Source of the DNA: a virus
Length of the DNA: 64,000 bases
Virus record (IMG/VR): IMGVR_UViG_3300001390_000008
Location: 1-64,000 of that record
Strand: one strand, 5' to 3'
The notes under the pieces were generated by a model. The model saw nothing but the letters and a program-made list of their open reading frames with translations. It was not told the origin of the DNA and did no database searches. The position numbers and the translations under genes were made by a program. Position 1 is the stretch's first letter; each line of letters begins with the position of its first letter. This document shows positions 20,176 through 30,505 of this stretch, piece after piece.

Positions 20176-21117
20176 TCAAATATTAGTATATTTGACAGTC
20201 GCTGATTCATCATCCCACTTACAATCAATACGCATTGTCAGGACAATAATGATCAGGCGGGCACGAATATCTTTTTCAGTTTCAACGCTTACATCACGCT
20301 GGATACCAAATAAAATATTCTTGGGGAAAGTAAACAAACCCGTAGCTGCTGGCATCAAAGGGGAGGCCTCTACAGTGGTGCCGTATGCCACCAACTTCCC
20401 ATCCCCGGATAATGCTGAGTCACCATACCCCGTGGCACGTTTTGCAACATTAGCACGATATTTAATCGTATCCTGTACAGGGATAAACTGTCTCAAGTTA
20501 CTCAATACTCGTAAGTATTTCTGAGGCATAGTCAATAGGCCCTGCTCAAATACATCCGGGCTAATACCCACAGAGGCATTATCATAAACATTAGATACGG
20601 CGGTTTTTAACAAACCATCATTTAATGCCAGATAGGCATCGCCAGAAGCAGTATCTGCGGTTAATGCCCACGTCTCTAGATCCTCTGCTGCGCGTTCTGC
20701 TATCAGGCGCATAACATGATCCTCAAAAGAACGGCCTTCAATATTATCTTCCAAAAGATCATAAGGGATATGCACCTCGGCCATAACCTCTTTACTTGTC
20801 AAAGTGATTTGTGAAGTAACCGGCTTAGAGCGATCCGCTGCCGCGAGATAACGACTGTTAGTGCCTGCATCTGCTGCAAATGGGGGTGTCCCTTGCGGGG
20901 CCGCCTTCATAATTCTCTGACCAAAACCAAGACGATTAATCTTATGCGTTGGCGCAGGCATACGAATTACGCGGGCCTGATTAAGAATAGTAGGCTGTTC
21001 CACAATCATATCAATAAATGTATTTGCCTGCGTAGGGTTAAGCGAACCGCCATTTGCGTCCAGATCCGCTATAACGATATCTGCACGTTTGGCCAGTTCT
21101 TTATTAGTTAAAGCCAT
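20176..21117 (-). CDS. major capsid protein (HK97 fold)
   Basis: GGSLNPTQANTFI; EDNIEG; position after scaffold; AGGAG RBS. Confidence 0.9.
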   Translation of the reverse strand: MALTNKELAKRADIVIADLDANGGSLNPTQANTFIDMIVEQPTILNQARVIRMPAPTHKINRLGFGQRIMKAAPQGTPPFAADAGTNSRYLAAADRSKPVTSQITLTSKEVMAEVHIPYDLLEDNIEGRSFEDHVMRLIAERAAEDLETWALTADTASGDAYLALNDGLLKTAVSNVYDNASVGISPDVFEQGLLTMPQKYLRVLSNLRQFIPVQDTIKYRANVAKRATGYGDSALSGDGKLVAYGTTVEASPLMPAATGLFTFPKNILFGIQRDVSVETEKDIRARLIIIVLTMRIDCKWDDESATVKYTNI

Positions 21118-21150
21118 GTGTATTTCTCCTGTTACAATTAAAAGTTACGG

Positions 21151-22596
21151 TTATCCGAGTTGACTGCCAAACATCCCGTTAAAACAGCTTTCTTCCCCGC
21201 TATTTCTACGAATGTTGTCTTCATCCTCAGAAGTATCATCATTATCTGAACGGGTCACCGTACTACCACCTAGCTCATCTACTTCCTGTTTAAGTGTCTC
21301 AAATTTTTCCTTGAAATCCTTACGCATAGCACTAATAGCCTGAATAACAGGGTCATCAGACTCGTCATCATCCTGTGTAGTGCCTTTTTCTTTACCTCCT
21401 AATACATCACGCATGACTTCAGAAACAATATCCTTCATTTCACCACGGGTGACATAATCCGGGTTATCTTCTGTATTTTCCTCAGAAGTTTTTTCATCAC
21501 CTTCTGTAGTAGTGTCCTTCGCCTCTGATCTAGATACCTTCTCATCATTAGATGTTTTTGCATCCTTATCAATTTTATCCTCTTCTGCTGTTTTGGCAGA
21601 ATCTTCGCGTTTTGCTTTTAAATCTTTATCTTTTTGTGACATGGTATGTGTCTCCGGTTTAGCGTTACGTTCTGCACTTGCTTGTTTGATAACTGCACGG
21701 GGCAAGCTATCCATCAGGCTAACAATGTATGAAGTAAAATCATTCGTTGCATTTTGAACAAGTGTTTTTCTTTCGTCAAGGGGAAGTCCACTATAAATTA
21801 TAATATTTTCCAAAATACTCTGTAGAATATAAATAGCATCCCACGACTTATCAGTGAATTCGGGATCAGCTAAAGCTGTTGCAAAATTAAGATGCCCCCA
21901 GCCCCAATTCCCGTATGCCTGCTCAATAACCGAGCGATACACCATTGCAGGAACATCCGTCTTTTCTGTACGCGAAACTAAACCAGTAACGCCTTCAGCA
22001 ATACGTACTTTCCGTACTTCGTTATCTTCAGGAACCTCATGTCTGGTGACGATTGCCCCGCCTTCCAACATTTCAATACCATCAGTTTTGTAATTTACGC
22101 CACGACTATCAAGCCACCCCTGTACCTCTTCCATAGTCTCGAAGCCATCCATCTCCAGACCAACAAGAGTAACCCCAGTTATGGCGGGCGCATCTCTGGC
22201 GACAAAAGATGCCGCATCTACATTAGCTGTGTAGCCCCCACCTAAATCTATGGGAGCTATATCTTGTATATCGTCAGATTCCTTTCGTTTAAGAAAGTAG
22301 TTCCCTTCTTCATCAGTACGTAGCTCGTAATCCTCAGACATACCAAACTGAATCATCAGGTCGGCGGCCTCCCCTTCAGTAACCCCAAAAGGAAGATCTA
22401 TAGATAAAAGTGAATTATCACTTCTCTTTTTCCTACGTTTACGCGTGGGAATTATGTCTTTTCCGCCATTAGCACTTCTCAAAACTTTAAATCCTGTCCT
22501 ATTTGCCGGTAATCCTACAACAGAAAGGAACTCTGGTTCAACTAATTTCATTAACTGTGCTTTCTGCCTCTCTACCTTCTTTGTCTTCTTTGCCAT
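21151..22596 (-). CDS. scaffolding protein with N-terminal protease-like segment
   Basis: EFLSVVGLPAN at the N-terminus; acidic/coiled C-terminus; precedes the capsid gene. Confidence 0.7.
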   Translation of the reverse strand: MAKKTKKVERQKAQLMKLVEPEFLSVVGLPANRTGFKVLRSANGGKDIIPTRKRRKKRSDNSLLSIDLPFGVTEGEAADLMIQFGMSEDYELRTDEEGNYFLKRKESDDIQDIAPIDLGGGYTANVDAASFVARDAPAITGVTLVGLEMDGFETMEEVQGWLDSRGVNYKTDGIEMLEGGAIVTRHEVPEDNEVRKVRIAEGVTGLVSRTEKTDVPAMVYRSVIEQAYGNWGWGHLNFATALADPEFTDKSWDAIYILQSILENIIIYSGLPLDERKTLVQNATNDFTSYIVSLMDSLPRAVIKQASAERNAKPETHTMSQKDKDLKAKREDSAKTAEEDKIDKDAKTSNDEKVSRSEAKDTTTEGDEKTSEENTEDNPDYVTRGEMKDIVSEVMRDVLGGKEKGTTQDDDESDDPVIQAISAMRKDFKEKFETLKQEVDELGGSTVTRSDNDDTSEDEDNIRRNSGEESCFNGMFGSQLG

Positions 22597-23177
22597 TACT
22601 TATCTCCCTCACTAATCACGAAATTATATCTATGTGAATGTTCAAAAGCCGAATCAGTTACTGTGTGTATACTAATTGTATGGCTGTGCCCATTAGACAT
22701 AGAGGTACCACCAAACATAACATTACCTTCATCATCAAGCCAGATAAAAAAATTATGTACATGGCCGTCATAAGGGTCTGGTTCTGTTACACCGTATCTG
22801 GAATTGTCTGAGTTTACCTGCACATCTATATTAAAAGTGTTTACCAGGGCCTCGTAAGAGTACCCATTTAATTCACCACTTAAAATTTTCTGCCAAACAT
22901 CATCAGCTTCGACATACATACCCACGACCCAAGATCCCTCTATGAAGGTGGGGTCGCCTTCCCGTGCTATGAATGATTCTATAACGTATAAATCCTGTCT
23001 GTCCACTTTATCATGATCAATATCCTTAAGAAAACCATTAATCATGAAATGATATGCAAAATCTTTTATAGACTCTTCTGTATGAAAATCGCCATAAGTG
23101 TTAGTTGTATTTGGTATCAAAACCTCAGCAAACACTATCCTATGAAAGCCTTCACTATCTATAACCATCTCTTTCAT
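22596..23177 (-). CDS. XkdF-like prohead serine protease
   Basis: RIVFAEVLIP..D.H..IESFIA..GSWVVG..WQKILSGELNGYSYE; C-terminal HxH repeats. Confidence 0.85.
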   Translation of the reverse strand: MKEMVIDSEGFHRIVFAEVLIPNTTNTYGDFHTEESIKDFAYHFMINGFLKDIDHDKVDRQDLYVIESFIAREGDPTFIEGSWVVGMYVEADDVWQKILSGELNGYSYEALVNTFNIDVQVNSDNSRYGVTEPDPYDGHVHNFFIWLDDEGNVMFGGTSMSNGHSHTISIHTVTDSAFEHSHRYNFVISEGDK

Positions 23178-23289
23178 AAACGTACCATGCCTCTAAAACT
23201 TACAGATAGGCTATGTAGAGAGGATAGACTAATAATAAGAAAATCAACAGTTATATCCTGTTTGACTATAAAGTTATGTATATGTTGCA

Positions 23290-24900
23290 TTATTCCTGGC
23301 CGTGCTCTACTGCTTGTGAAACGGCCCCCGTTTCCCCGACTTTTTCTACTTTTTTTACAGTGCCGTCTTTAATACCTGATAGTGCAGCCGCTTCACCTTC
23401 CCCGGTTTGCTGAGTACTACCCATGGTTTTTATAGACAATGAAATAGGTACATCCATCCACTCTTCATAATACTCCTCCCCTTTCTCTGGGTAGAGCGGC
23501 AGCGATAATTGCATTGTCTCATTAATCATCATGATTGCAGATCTTGGGGTTACACCCCCCATTACATTAACAGCAGTCAACGTCTTAACTACCTGATCGG
23601 GGTTAGTTACACTGGGGCCACGGCTTTCCAATTTCACCGTTTTCAGATTTAGCCCACTTGGGTGATTAATAAAATTTTTATTAGCAAATTCATCATGAAT
23701 CTTACGCTCAGGCAGGAATACTTGGGTCTCTGCCACATACATACTAGTCTGGGCTGTACTGAAGTTTACATCCTGCGACATCCCGATAACTACCGGCGGT
23801 AGTCTAAAAGAAGATCGTACTTTATTTATATTTGAGTCATCATACTCTTTAAACAAACCGTCACTCGGCCTTTCAGATGTCAATTTGTCTACCTGTATTC
23901 TTGCTATGCCCTTATCATCCAATCCTGTAGTTTCAGGTATGGCTTCTATTAGTAGAATTTGGTTTTGCCTGTCCTTACCGACCCCTTTTGCTTTTAATAG
24001 CCTATTAAGATCTTCAAATGACTGCTTGGTTAGTCGCCCACCGGCCACAGATAAAATCATGGGGGGTACAGTATTATCCTCGAAATACCTAAGATTCACC
24101 TCCTCCGATTCACGGCTACCTAATATGGAGGGGAGCTGGGATACCCACCTAGGGAGCCCATAAGAATCATCCGAGTATTGTCTATGATGTAACAATTCTG
24201 TAGCCATATCTTCTTTTTTTATTATATATGCAATACTACCTTTGCCATCTGCTTTAGTAGCATATTTGCCAGTACGGTAATCCATATCACGTGGATCACC
24301 GAACTCTTTAAAATAGGTTTTAGTTGATCCGGTTATTTGTATAAACTTTCTAAATTTTTTACGTTCAGTTATCCTACTACGCCCACCACCCCGAAGTATC
24401 TCAGTAGTTATTGTAACGCTTTTGCCTGATTTGCGTAGTAGGCGTATGTTAAATGCACTGGCATGTTTTATTAAAGTGGGCTTTCTTCTAGCATTGCGTA
24501 TTACTTCATAAAAACCAAAGCCATATCGTTCATAATCTTTTACCACCTTAGCCTGTACGGTCATAAAAGATTCATTTACATTAGCTGCTGTTATAAATGA
24601 CTGTAATATTTTTTTCTCTTCTTCGTCTACCTCTACGCCCTCTTCTATCGGGATTACCCTCGAACCGAAGCGCACAACATTGGTTATCATCGCTTCTATA
24701 CACTGGGGTACTATATTTGACTGGTCAACAAACCCTGATAAAGAAGGGATGTAGTAGGGTGTGGCTAATATTATATCAGCTACATCTGCCCCGAAATTAT
24801 CTGTATCCTCAGACTGTCTGGATATGTCATTTCTCTTCTCCCTACTTGCCATCCTTCGTATTCTAATACCATCATTCTTACTGCGGCGTGTACGGTTCAT
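23290..24900 (-). CDS. portal protein
   Basis: DYERYGFGFYEVIRN; YGLPRW; NLRYFED; FRLPPVVIG. Confidence 0.92.
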   Translation of the reverse strand: MNRTRRSKNDGIRIRRMASREKRNDISRQSEDTDNFGADVADIILATPYYIPSLSGFVDQSNIVPQCIEAMITNVVRFGSRVIPIEEGVEVDEEEKKILQSFITAANVNESFMTVQAKVVKDYERYGFGFYEVIRNARRKPTLIKHASAFNIRLLRKSGKSVTITTEILRGGGRSRITERKKFRKFIQITGSTKTYFKEFGDPRDMDYRTGKYATKADGKGSIAYIIKKEDMATELLHHRQYSDDSYGLPRWVSQLPSILGSRESEEVNLRYFEDNTVPPMILSVAGGRLTKQSFEDLNRLLKAKGVGKDRQNQILLIEAIPETTGLDDKGIARIQVDKLTSERPSDGLFKEYDDSNINKVRSSFRLPPVVIGMSQDVNFSTAQTSMYVAETQVFLPERKIHDEFANKNFINHPSGLNLKTVKLESRGPSVTNPDQVVKTLTAVNVMGGVTPRSAIMMINETMQLSLPLYPEKGEEYYEEWMDVPISLSIKTMGSTQQTGEGEAAALSGIKDGTVKKVEKVGETGAVSQAVEHGQE

Positions 24901-25247
24901 ATTCTGCCCTCATAAATATAACCCTTAGCCTTCAATATGTCATTAAGGCACTCGTTTGAGTCATTGGGGCCTAAGTATAGAGACACCTTCCATCCGCCCG
25001 CACCTATGGTATGCACTTTAATAAAACAGCGTTTATGTATTGTTAATGTTTGTACGTGTTTTCTAACCTGGCCTGCTTCTGTGTTTGCTGTGGTCTTATA
25101 TGCGTCTGGGGTATCTACCCCATGTAGCCTAGCACGTACTCTTTTATGCAGCCCATCTATCCCCAAGTCTACCATTAGTACTAAATCATCACCAGAATGA
25201 ACCTCAACCACATCAACGTGATACTGTTTAGTACATAGCTTGCTCAT
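24897..25247 (-). CDS. SNase/thermonuclease-like protein
   Basis: VVEVHSGDDL..VDLG...RVRARLHGVDTPD; LNDILKAKG. Confidence 0.75.
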   Translation of the reverse strand: MSKLCTKQYHVDVVEVHSGDDLVLMVDLGIDGLHKRVRARLHGVDTPDAYKTTANTEAGQVRKHVQTLTIHKRCFIKVHTIGAGGWKVSLYLGPNDSNECLNDILKAKGYIYEGRI

Positions 25248-25348
25248 GTAATGTATTACTCGCCAGTAGAATATAGATGCATTTCTGCATTATAGGCAAA
25301 ATAATCAGGATACTACAAGGAATAAAAACTTATTGAGGAAATAAGCCG

Positions 25349-25690
25349 TTAGTTATCTGCAAATTTTATTCTCTTAACCCACTCAGGCAAGTGGTCTGAT
25401 TTCCAGAGCTTTACAGATTTTGATTTGTTACTGTAGCAACACCATACATCATAATAGTTGTGCATTTTTACAATTTTTAAATAAGACAAATCCTCGCGGC
25501 CTATGCCATAAGGCATTTTCCTGCCAACAATACTTACTACTGTCTTATCGAATCTTATATGGCAATACCCTATACCATTATCGTATATTAGTACCACACC
25601 ACTTAGGGGCATCCCTTCCTGTGGGTTTCTGGCAGGCCATATACTTAATTTCTTTTCCTTAGTCCACGCATATTTTGCAGCCGATTTCAA
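25349..25690 (-). CDS. hypothetical protein
   Basis: 113 aa ORF in operon context. Confidence 0.55.
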   Translation of the reverse strand: MKSAAKYAWTKEKKLSIWPARNPQEGMPLSGVVLIYDNGIGYCHIRFDKTVVSIVGRKMPYGIGREDLSYLKIVKMHNYYDVWCCYSNKSKSVKLWKSDHLPEWVKRIKFADN

Positions 25691-25695
25691 AATTG

Positions 25696-26184
25696 CTATC
25701 TCTTAGTAAATATAGCTTCTGTTGCATCTGGTATTGCTACTTCGCCCAAGCCCTCTGTACCAATATAGGTATCATCATCTATAGCTAGATCCAAAACCGG
25801 CTCTATGTCTGTATAATCGTACATGTTGGTATCAAATGTATCTATATACCGTAGTAGGTCTGCTATTTCGCTGTTTCCATCTACTGCATTTATAGAGTCT
25901 ACTATATGCAGTTCTCTGATATTACCTACAGATTTAAACAGATTCTCAACTAACTCATTAACTTCTTCGTTTTCCCCGTCTGTGCTACTACTATAATTAG
26001 CTAAAGAAGTCATGATATCTAGAAGAATAATCCGTAATATCTGAGAATTGGCCTCTAAATCAAGTATTCTACTATGTAGGGGGCTTATCTCTGCCTTTAT
26101 CATAGCAGAAACACCTTCTTGCGTTAAAAGTACAGGATCGCCCTTCTTTTCCCTGGATACTCTAACAATACGGTCTTTACCCAT
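25696..26184 (-). CDS. hypothetical acidic protein
   Basis: Start reassigned to ATG 26184, which overlaps the upstream stop. Confidence 0.6.
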   Translation of the reverse strand: MGKDRIVRVSREKKGDPVLLTQEGVSAMIKAEISPLHSRILDLEANSQILRIILLDIMTSLANYSSSTDGENEEVNELVENLFKSVGNIRELHIVDSINAVDGNSEIADLLRYIDTFDTNMYDYTDIEPVLDLAIDDDTYIGTEGLGEVAIPDATEAIFTKR

Positions 26185-26536
26185 GCCTTTTCCTTCTATG
26201 TCCTCTTTTTGTCGATTTTTCATCATTTCCTGCAATGAAATACCATTCTTTCTGTAGATAGGGCATACCCGGATGATCACAGGGCATAAATATACTTTTT
26301 AGCATATTTTCGTCATATTTACCCCTTTTCCACCTAAAAGACCAACATCCAGAGATAGTTACTGATTTTTCAGCTAAAACACCATTATCTACTAGTGTTT
26401 TTTCTATACTGCCCCTAAGCCGGTCTGTATCTATAAATCCTAGATGAAAATACTGATATTTCTTATCAAAATCCATGCCGTTGCCAAGTCTCTTATTGAC
26501 AACCACTGAAGCCTTCTTTCGTCTTTGTCTTCCCAT
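26177..26536 (-). CDS. hypothetical protein
   Basis: 119 aa, abuts neighbours, basic termini. Confidence 0.6.
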   Translation of the reverse strand: MGRQRRKKASVVVNKRLGNGMDFDKKYQYFHLGFIDTDRLRGSIEKTLVDNGVLAEKSVTISGCWSFRWKRGKYDENMLKSIFMPCDHPGMPYLQKEWYFIAGNDEKSTKRGHRRKRHG

Positions 26537-26959
26537 CTAAAGTACATCCACGAGTATACCATTTTCCGGTTCTATGGTTAGGGTATCACTGTATTTCAAT
26601 AAACCTACTGTACTCTGTGGTAGCTGAAGAGACACCCATATATCTGAATTACTCTCATTAAACCCTACTAAGTCCCTAGGTACATTAACGAGTATCTTTA
26701 ATACTGTATAGGAGTGTGGAACATCTATAAATATCCTGCCTACCTTAATACATTTAGCGGCATAATCAATTTCATAGGGAATACCGTATATTATCTTTCC
26801 TTCTTTTTGTGTCTTGTCCCACATTACATGTATATGCATTAATAGGTTATTATCTTTTAGAGGCCGGGTACTATCATCTATATAGTCCACATCTTTTTCA
26901 GGTTTTTTACCTTCAGCTACTACAAGTAATGAAGTTCTATTAATTATTATATTACTCAT
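26537..26959 (-). CDS. hypothetical protein
   Basis: 140 aa ORF, packed. Confidence 0.6.
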   Translation of the reverse strand: MSNIIINRTSLLVVAEGKKPEKDVDYIDDSTRPLKDNNLLMHIHVMWDKTQKEGKIIYGIPYEIDYAAKCIKVGRIFIDVPHSYTVLKILVNVPRDLVGFNESNSDIWVSLQLPQSTVGLLKYSDTLTIEPENGILVDVL

Positions 26960-26985
26960 CCTTTTTCCCTGCCATAAATATATAA

Positions 26986-27447
26986 TTAATAAAAACCACC
27001 ATCTTCCCTCCTTATAAAAGATTGCCTATTTTTCTTTTTACCCCTATCCTTATCTTCCCTTTTTACTTTTGCATTTACTGTGTTAGTAGTAAGCTGCCTG
27101 AGTCTAGTTAATTCCTTATTAAGCACTACTACTCTTTTTTGTAAAATATTGCTTCTTTCACTTATAGTAGACAAAGTGTTCTGCAATGAATCAAACTTTT
27201 CTATGCAGAGCTTTGCATTGTCTTCTATGACTTTTTGATTAAATTCTGCTTTTTCCTTTTCCTCTAAATATTTACCACTTAATTTTAGCAAGGCATTCTC
27301 TAATTCAATTACCCTATCACTGTCCCTTTCTTTAACAAAATTATACCCCTCTATGTAGCCTTTCTCATACCCTTTCTCGCCCGCATCTTCTATTGCCTGG
27401 CGCACCCCGTCTTTATCCCCCTGATTTAGTCGTACACGTATATTCAT
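26986..27447 (-). CDS. hypothetical coiled-coil protein
   Basis: 153 aa, GYEKGY motif, ATGA overlap. Confidence 0.6.
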   Translation of the reverse strand: MNIRVRLNQGDKDGVRQAIEDAGEKGYEKGYIEGYNFVKERDSDRVIELENALLKLSGKYLEEKEKAEFNQKVIEDNAKLCIEKFDSLQNTLSTISERSNILQKRVVVLNKELTRLRQLTTNTVNAKVKREDKDRGKKKNRQSFIRREDGGFY

Positions 27448-27845
27448 AGCTGTAATAGCATTACTTCTTTCAGTTTACTGTTGTGTAGTTCTATTGCATC
27501 ATCGCCCGCACCAATATAACAGGATAGTTCTACACGTGTAGTGTACCCGCCATGAAAAGGAACCCCAAGACCAATAGTAATGGGTTCTACCGTCTCTATA
27601 CTAACTCCATCTATATTAAATACTTTTCCATTGAATGATGGTGCATACTTTTTAGTATACGGGTTGTTACCCTTACTACCAAAAGCTAATAGTACTTTTA
27701 TTTCGTCTTCTGCTTTATTGAGCAAGAGTTTTACCTCTGCAAGTTTCCTATTACTTTCTTCTAATCTACCTTGCATATCTACTATCATAGATATTTCAGG
27801 GTCTTTATCCCTAGCACTTTTTTTGTGTATTCTTACATTATGCAA
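27444..27845 (-). CDS. hypothetical protein
   Basis: 133 aa ORF, coupled to next gene. Confidence 0.55.
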   Translation of the reverse strand: MHNVRIHKKSARDKDPEISMIVDMQGRLEESNRKLAEVKLLLNKAEDEIKVLLAFGSKGNNPYTKKYAPSFNGKVFNIDGVSIETVEPITIGLGVPFHGGYTTRVELSCYIGAGDDAIELHNSKLKEVMLLQL

Positions 27846-27864
27846 AATACTTTCCCCTATTACC

Positions 27865-28143
27865 CTAATATACCGCTGCCATAAACCCTTTACGCAATCT
27901 CATTATTCTTTTTTCAATAGTATGTATGGTCGAATCACACCTACTTACAATATCTTGACGGCCTGTAAGCAGCATGTGACTCCTGTGTTCTTTTAAATAG
28001 CCTATGTATGCCTCCCAGTATTCTATGCGGCCAGATGTTGTTATGGCTGTCCTACTGGCTAGTTTATGCAGCCTGTTATCTAGAATACCTTGCATAAAGC
28101 TTATTTTTCTATGTGCTGGCTGTTTTACTATAACTGAATGCAT
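27865..28143 (-). CDS. hypothetical protein
   Basis: 92 aa ORF. Confidence 0.55.
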   Translation of the reverse strand: MHSVIVKQPAHRKISFMQGILDNRLHKLASRTAITTSGRIEYWEAYIGYLKEHRSHMLLTGRQDIVSRCDSTIHTIEKRIMRLRKGFMAAVY

Positions 28144-28145
28144 AA

Positions 28146-28433
28146 TTACATACCTTTAAACTGTGGGTTTTTCCTTAATACCGCTATCTCTGCTTCTGCA
28201 ATACTTATTGTTATTTCTTTATCGGCTAGTCTAATAGCCTCTTCCAGAGGCCTCCCCTCTAATCTATTTTTAATTATATGTAATACAGATACTAAACCAA
28301 TATAATCACCTATTTCCATTACTTCCTGTAAGGATACGCCCCGCTTTCCTAGCACCTCTCTAAGTAATGAAGTATATTCTAGTAATACTCTCGACAGGTC
28401 TAGATCGCTACATAGCATTTCTCTGCGTATCAT
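28146..28433 (-). CDS. hypothetical protein
   Basis: 95 aa ORF. Confidence 0.55.
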   Translation of the reverse strand: MIRREMLCSDLDLSRVLLEYTSLLREVLGKRGVSLQEVMEIGDYIGLVSVLHIIKNRLEGRPLEEAIRLADKEITISIAEAEIAVLRKNPQFKGM

Positions 28434-28579
28434 TATTACTCATCTCCTAAACTATTTGTAAAGCCGCATTATACCTCTAGCCGGGGGGCACATCAACTAT
28501 GATTTGTATATAGTTAGCTATTAAATAGCTTCTACCATAATAACAATTATCCACAGCAATGCATTAATTGTAATCAATG

Positions 28580-28789
28580 TCATTTTAATACCTCATAAAG
28601 TTCTTGAGTCCAGTCTTTAGGCGGGGCAATATGGTATAAAAATATTTCTTTTCCTTTTTCTGTACGCCAAAGTGACATCGAATAATATTTCTTTGGTTCA
28701 TGTGAATAGCCATAAACCCAGCCGTCGTTATCTGTAGCCATAAATTTAACCCAATTTGGAAATTTAATCTCTACTTGCATTGTTCTCAT
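28580..28789 (-). CDS. hypothetical phage protein
   Basis: PNWVKFMATDNDGWVYGYSHEP motif; start reassigned behind GGGG RBS. Confidence 0.6.
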   Translation of the reverse strand: MRTMQVEIKFPNWVKFMATDNDGWVYGYSHEPKKYYSMSLWRTEKGKEIFLYHIAPPKDWTQELYEVLK

Positions 28790-28849
28790 CGTTTTTCCCC
28801 ACCATATAGTTGTTAGCCACAACCGGCCCATACCAGTTGTGGCACACAA

Positions 28850-29020
28850 TTATTTCTCTACTTCTTTAACACTAATTTCACGCCCATCGTAGACAGTACG
28901 ATCTGCGCTACCACCATCCTGCAGGGTTAGTTCTTCGACTGACTTTCCATTATCAGTAACAGAAATTTTCACTTCTTTCGTATTCGCGCAGTGCGCTGTA
29001 ATAACAACATTTGTAGTCAT
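28850..29020 (-). CDS. small hypothetical protein (absent from ORF track)
   Basis: 56 aa MTTNVVITAHCANTKEV...VYDGREISVKEVEK, translated by hand. Confidence 0.6.
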   Translation of the reverse strand: MTTNVVITAHCANTKEVKISVTDNGKSVEELTLQDGGSADRTVYDGREISVKEVEK

Positions 29021-29117
29021 GGTTAGATGCCCTTTTAAATTGCAGTGGATAATAAATTATCATACCAGACAGCACCCACTACACTATACTTGCTGGTAAA
29101 TTCAATCAATTTGGGAA

Positions 29118-29483
29118 TTAAATTTCAAATGACCCTCGGAAACTAGGAGGAGAATCTATGTTGCGGATAAGGCAGTGATCTTTCATGTTTCTAATTCGCC
29201 TTACTAATTCTTCAAACTCACCGTCTCCTAAATCATAGAACCTAACATACGCCCTCCTCTTGTACACCCCAGTTAGAATGATTGTATTGTTCCCTCGAAT
29301 TCCTACATCAGCATCAACTCGTGTGTATTCTTTAAGTTCTGCTACTTTTGATGCAACAAAGCTCCTATGCTCATTAATCATTGCACGGAGTTGGTTTACT
29401 GAAATCCATAATTGAGCATTTTCTTCTTCAAGTGCTGTTATGCCTAGTTTATTTTTAATCCATTCCATCATATCTGCCACCAT
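29118..29483 (-). CDS. hypothetical protein
   Basis: 121 aa ORF. Confidence 0.6.
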   Translation of the reverse strand: MVADMMEWIKNKLGITALEEENAQLWISVNQLRAMINEHRSFVASKVAELKEYTRVDADVGIRGNNTIILTGVYKRRAYVRFYDLGDGEFEELVRRIRNMKDHCLIRNIDSPPSFRGSFEI

Positions 29484-29731
29484 TTTCGTTCAATATCCTC
29501 CTCTACCACATTACAGAGAAGGCGTATATGTTCTTTTGGTATCCTGACCGTTGGGTTTCCATGCTCACTATACAGTTTAAGATATCTGCGTATTTCCGCG
29601 GTTAATAGCCTAGCTTTGGTTTTGTTCATTAACCCCCCTCTACTCTCAATAAGATTATCAAGATAATATGTTTCGAGGCCGCCGCCCAAATAACCCATAG
29701 CTCTCTTTATTAATTGAAATGCTTCTTTCAC
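29468..29731 (-). CDS. hypothetical protein
   Basis: 87 aa ORF, coupled. Confidence 0.5.
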   Translation of the reverse strand: MKEAFQLIKRAMGYLGGGLETYYLDNLIESRGGLMNKTKARLLTAEIRRYLKLYSEHGNPTVRIPKEHIRLLCNVVEEDIERKWWQI

Positions 29732-30069
29732 CTACCATAGCTCTTTAAAAACTCAACCACATTTTTAGTATTACGAATCCACCGTGTCATCTGGTCTATG
29801 TCAGCCGATGGGTTCCCCTTAAGTATGGACACATACACTTCATCCTCCCCTAATGTAATAATTTTATTAAGTAGGGTAGCCATCTGCATACAATCATTTC
29901 CTTTTATCTTGTTATGCACTATTACTGATATACGGCATCTATCCGCCCTGGCTGACATTGCTTCTACCATTCCATATAACTCAGAAAATGTGGGGGTAGT
30001 CTGCGCTCTAGCATAAGCGGATAATACTAGTAAAATAAATAGACCCTTTGCTATATTTTTTATCTTCAT
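29728..30069 (-). CDS. hypothetical exported protein
   Basis: Signal-peptide-like N-terminus MKIKNIAKGLFILLVLSAYARA; two Cys. Confidence 0.6.
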   Translation of the reverse strand: MKIKNIAKGLFILLVLSAYARAQTTPTFSELYGMVEAMSARADRCRISVIVHNKIKGNDCMQMATLLNKIITLGEDEVYVSILKGNPSADIDQMTRWIRNTKNVVEFLKSYGR

Positions 30070-30071
30070 TT

Positions 30072-30503
30072 CTAATCTCCATGTTGTTCATGTACGTCCC
30101 TCATGTCTTTAGCCTTTGTAACTGCTACTACGGCATCTTTCATAAGTTCTGTGCTGATATAAACACTATACTTCCCCCGTGGAAAGTTATAGCCCCTCTC
30201 ATTGTTTATAATAGTTTCCAGTATATCTGTCATCCTGGCCAGCAGCCTGTCTCGCGCCCATCTTTCATCAGCACATGGTGGGTGACTGTTGCCGCCTATC
30301 GTCCTTTCCAGCGCCAGTAGCCTGTTCTCTAGCTGTGTGATGGTATCGCTACATTCTTTTTGTGCAGAAAGTAGCCCAGCATTAGCCCAGACCCTTTCCA
30401 GGAAATCGCGCTCTACCCTTATTTCTCTATGATAGTCGCACTCTCTAATCCATTGGCCGCCGTCCTCATCAGGCGGTATACAATCACAACTTGGCATCCC
30501 CAT
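30072..30503 (-). CDS. hypothetical protein
   Basis: 143 aa, GGAG RBS. Confidence 0.6.
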   Translation of the reverse strand: MGMPSCDCIPPDEDGGQWIRECDYHREIRVERDFLERVWANAGLLSAQKECSDTITQLENRLLALERTIGGNSHPPCADERWARDRLLARMTDILETIINNERGYNFPRGKYSVYISTELMKDAVVAVTKAKDMRDVHEQHGD

Positions 30504-30505
30504 AA

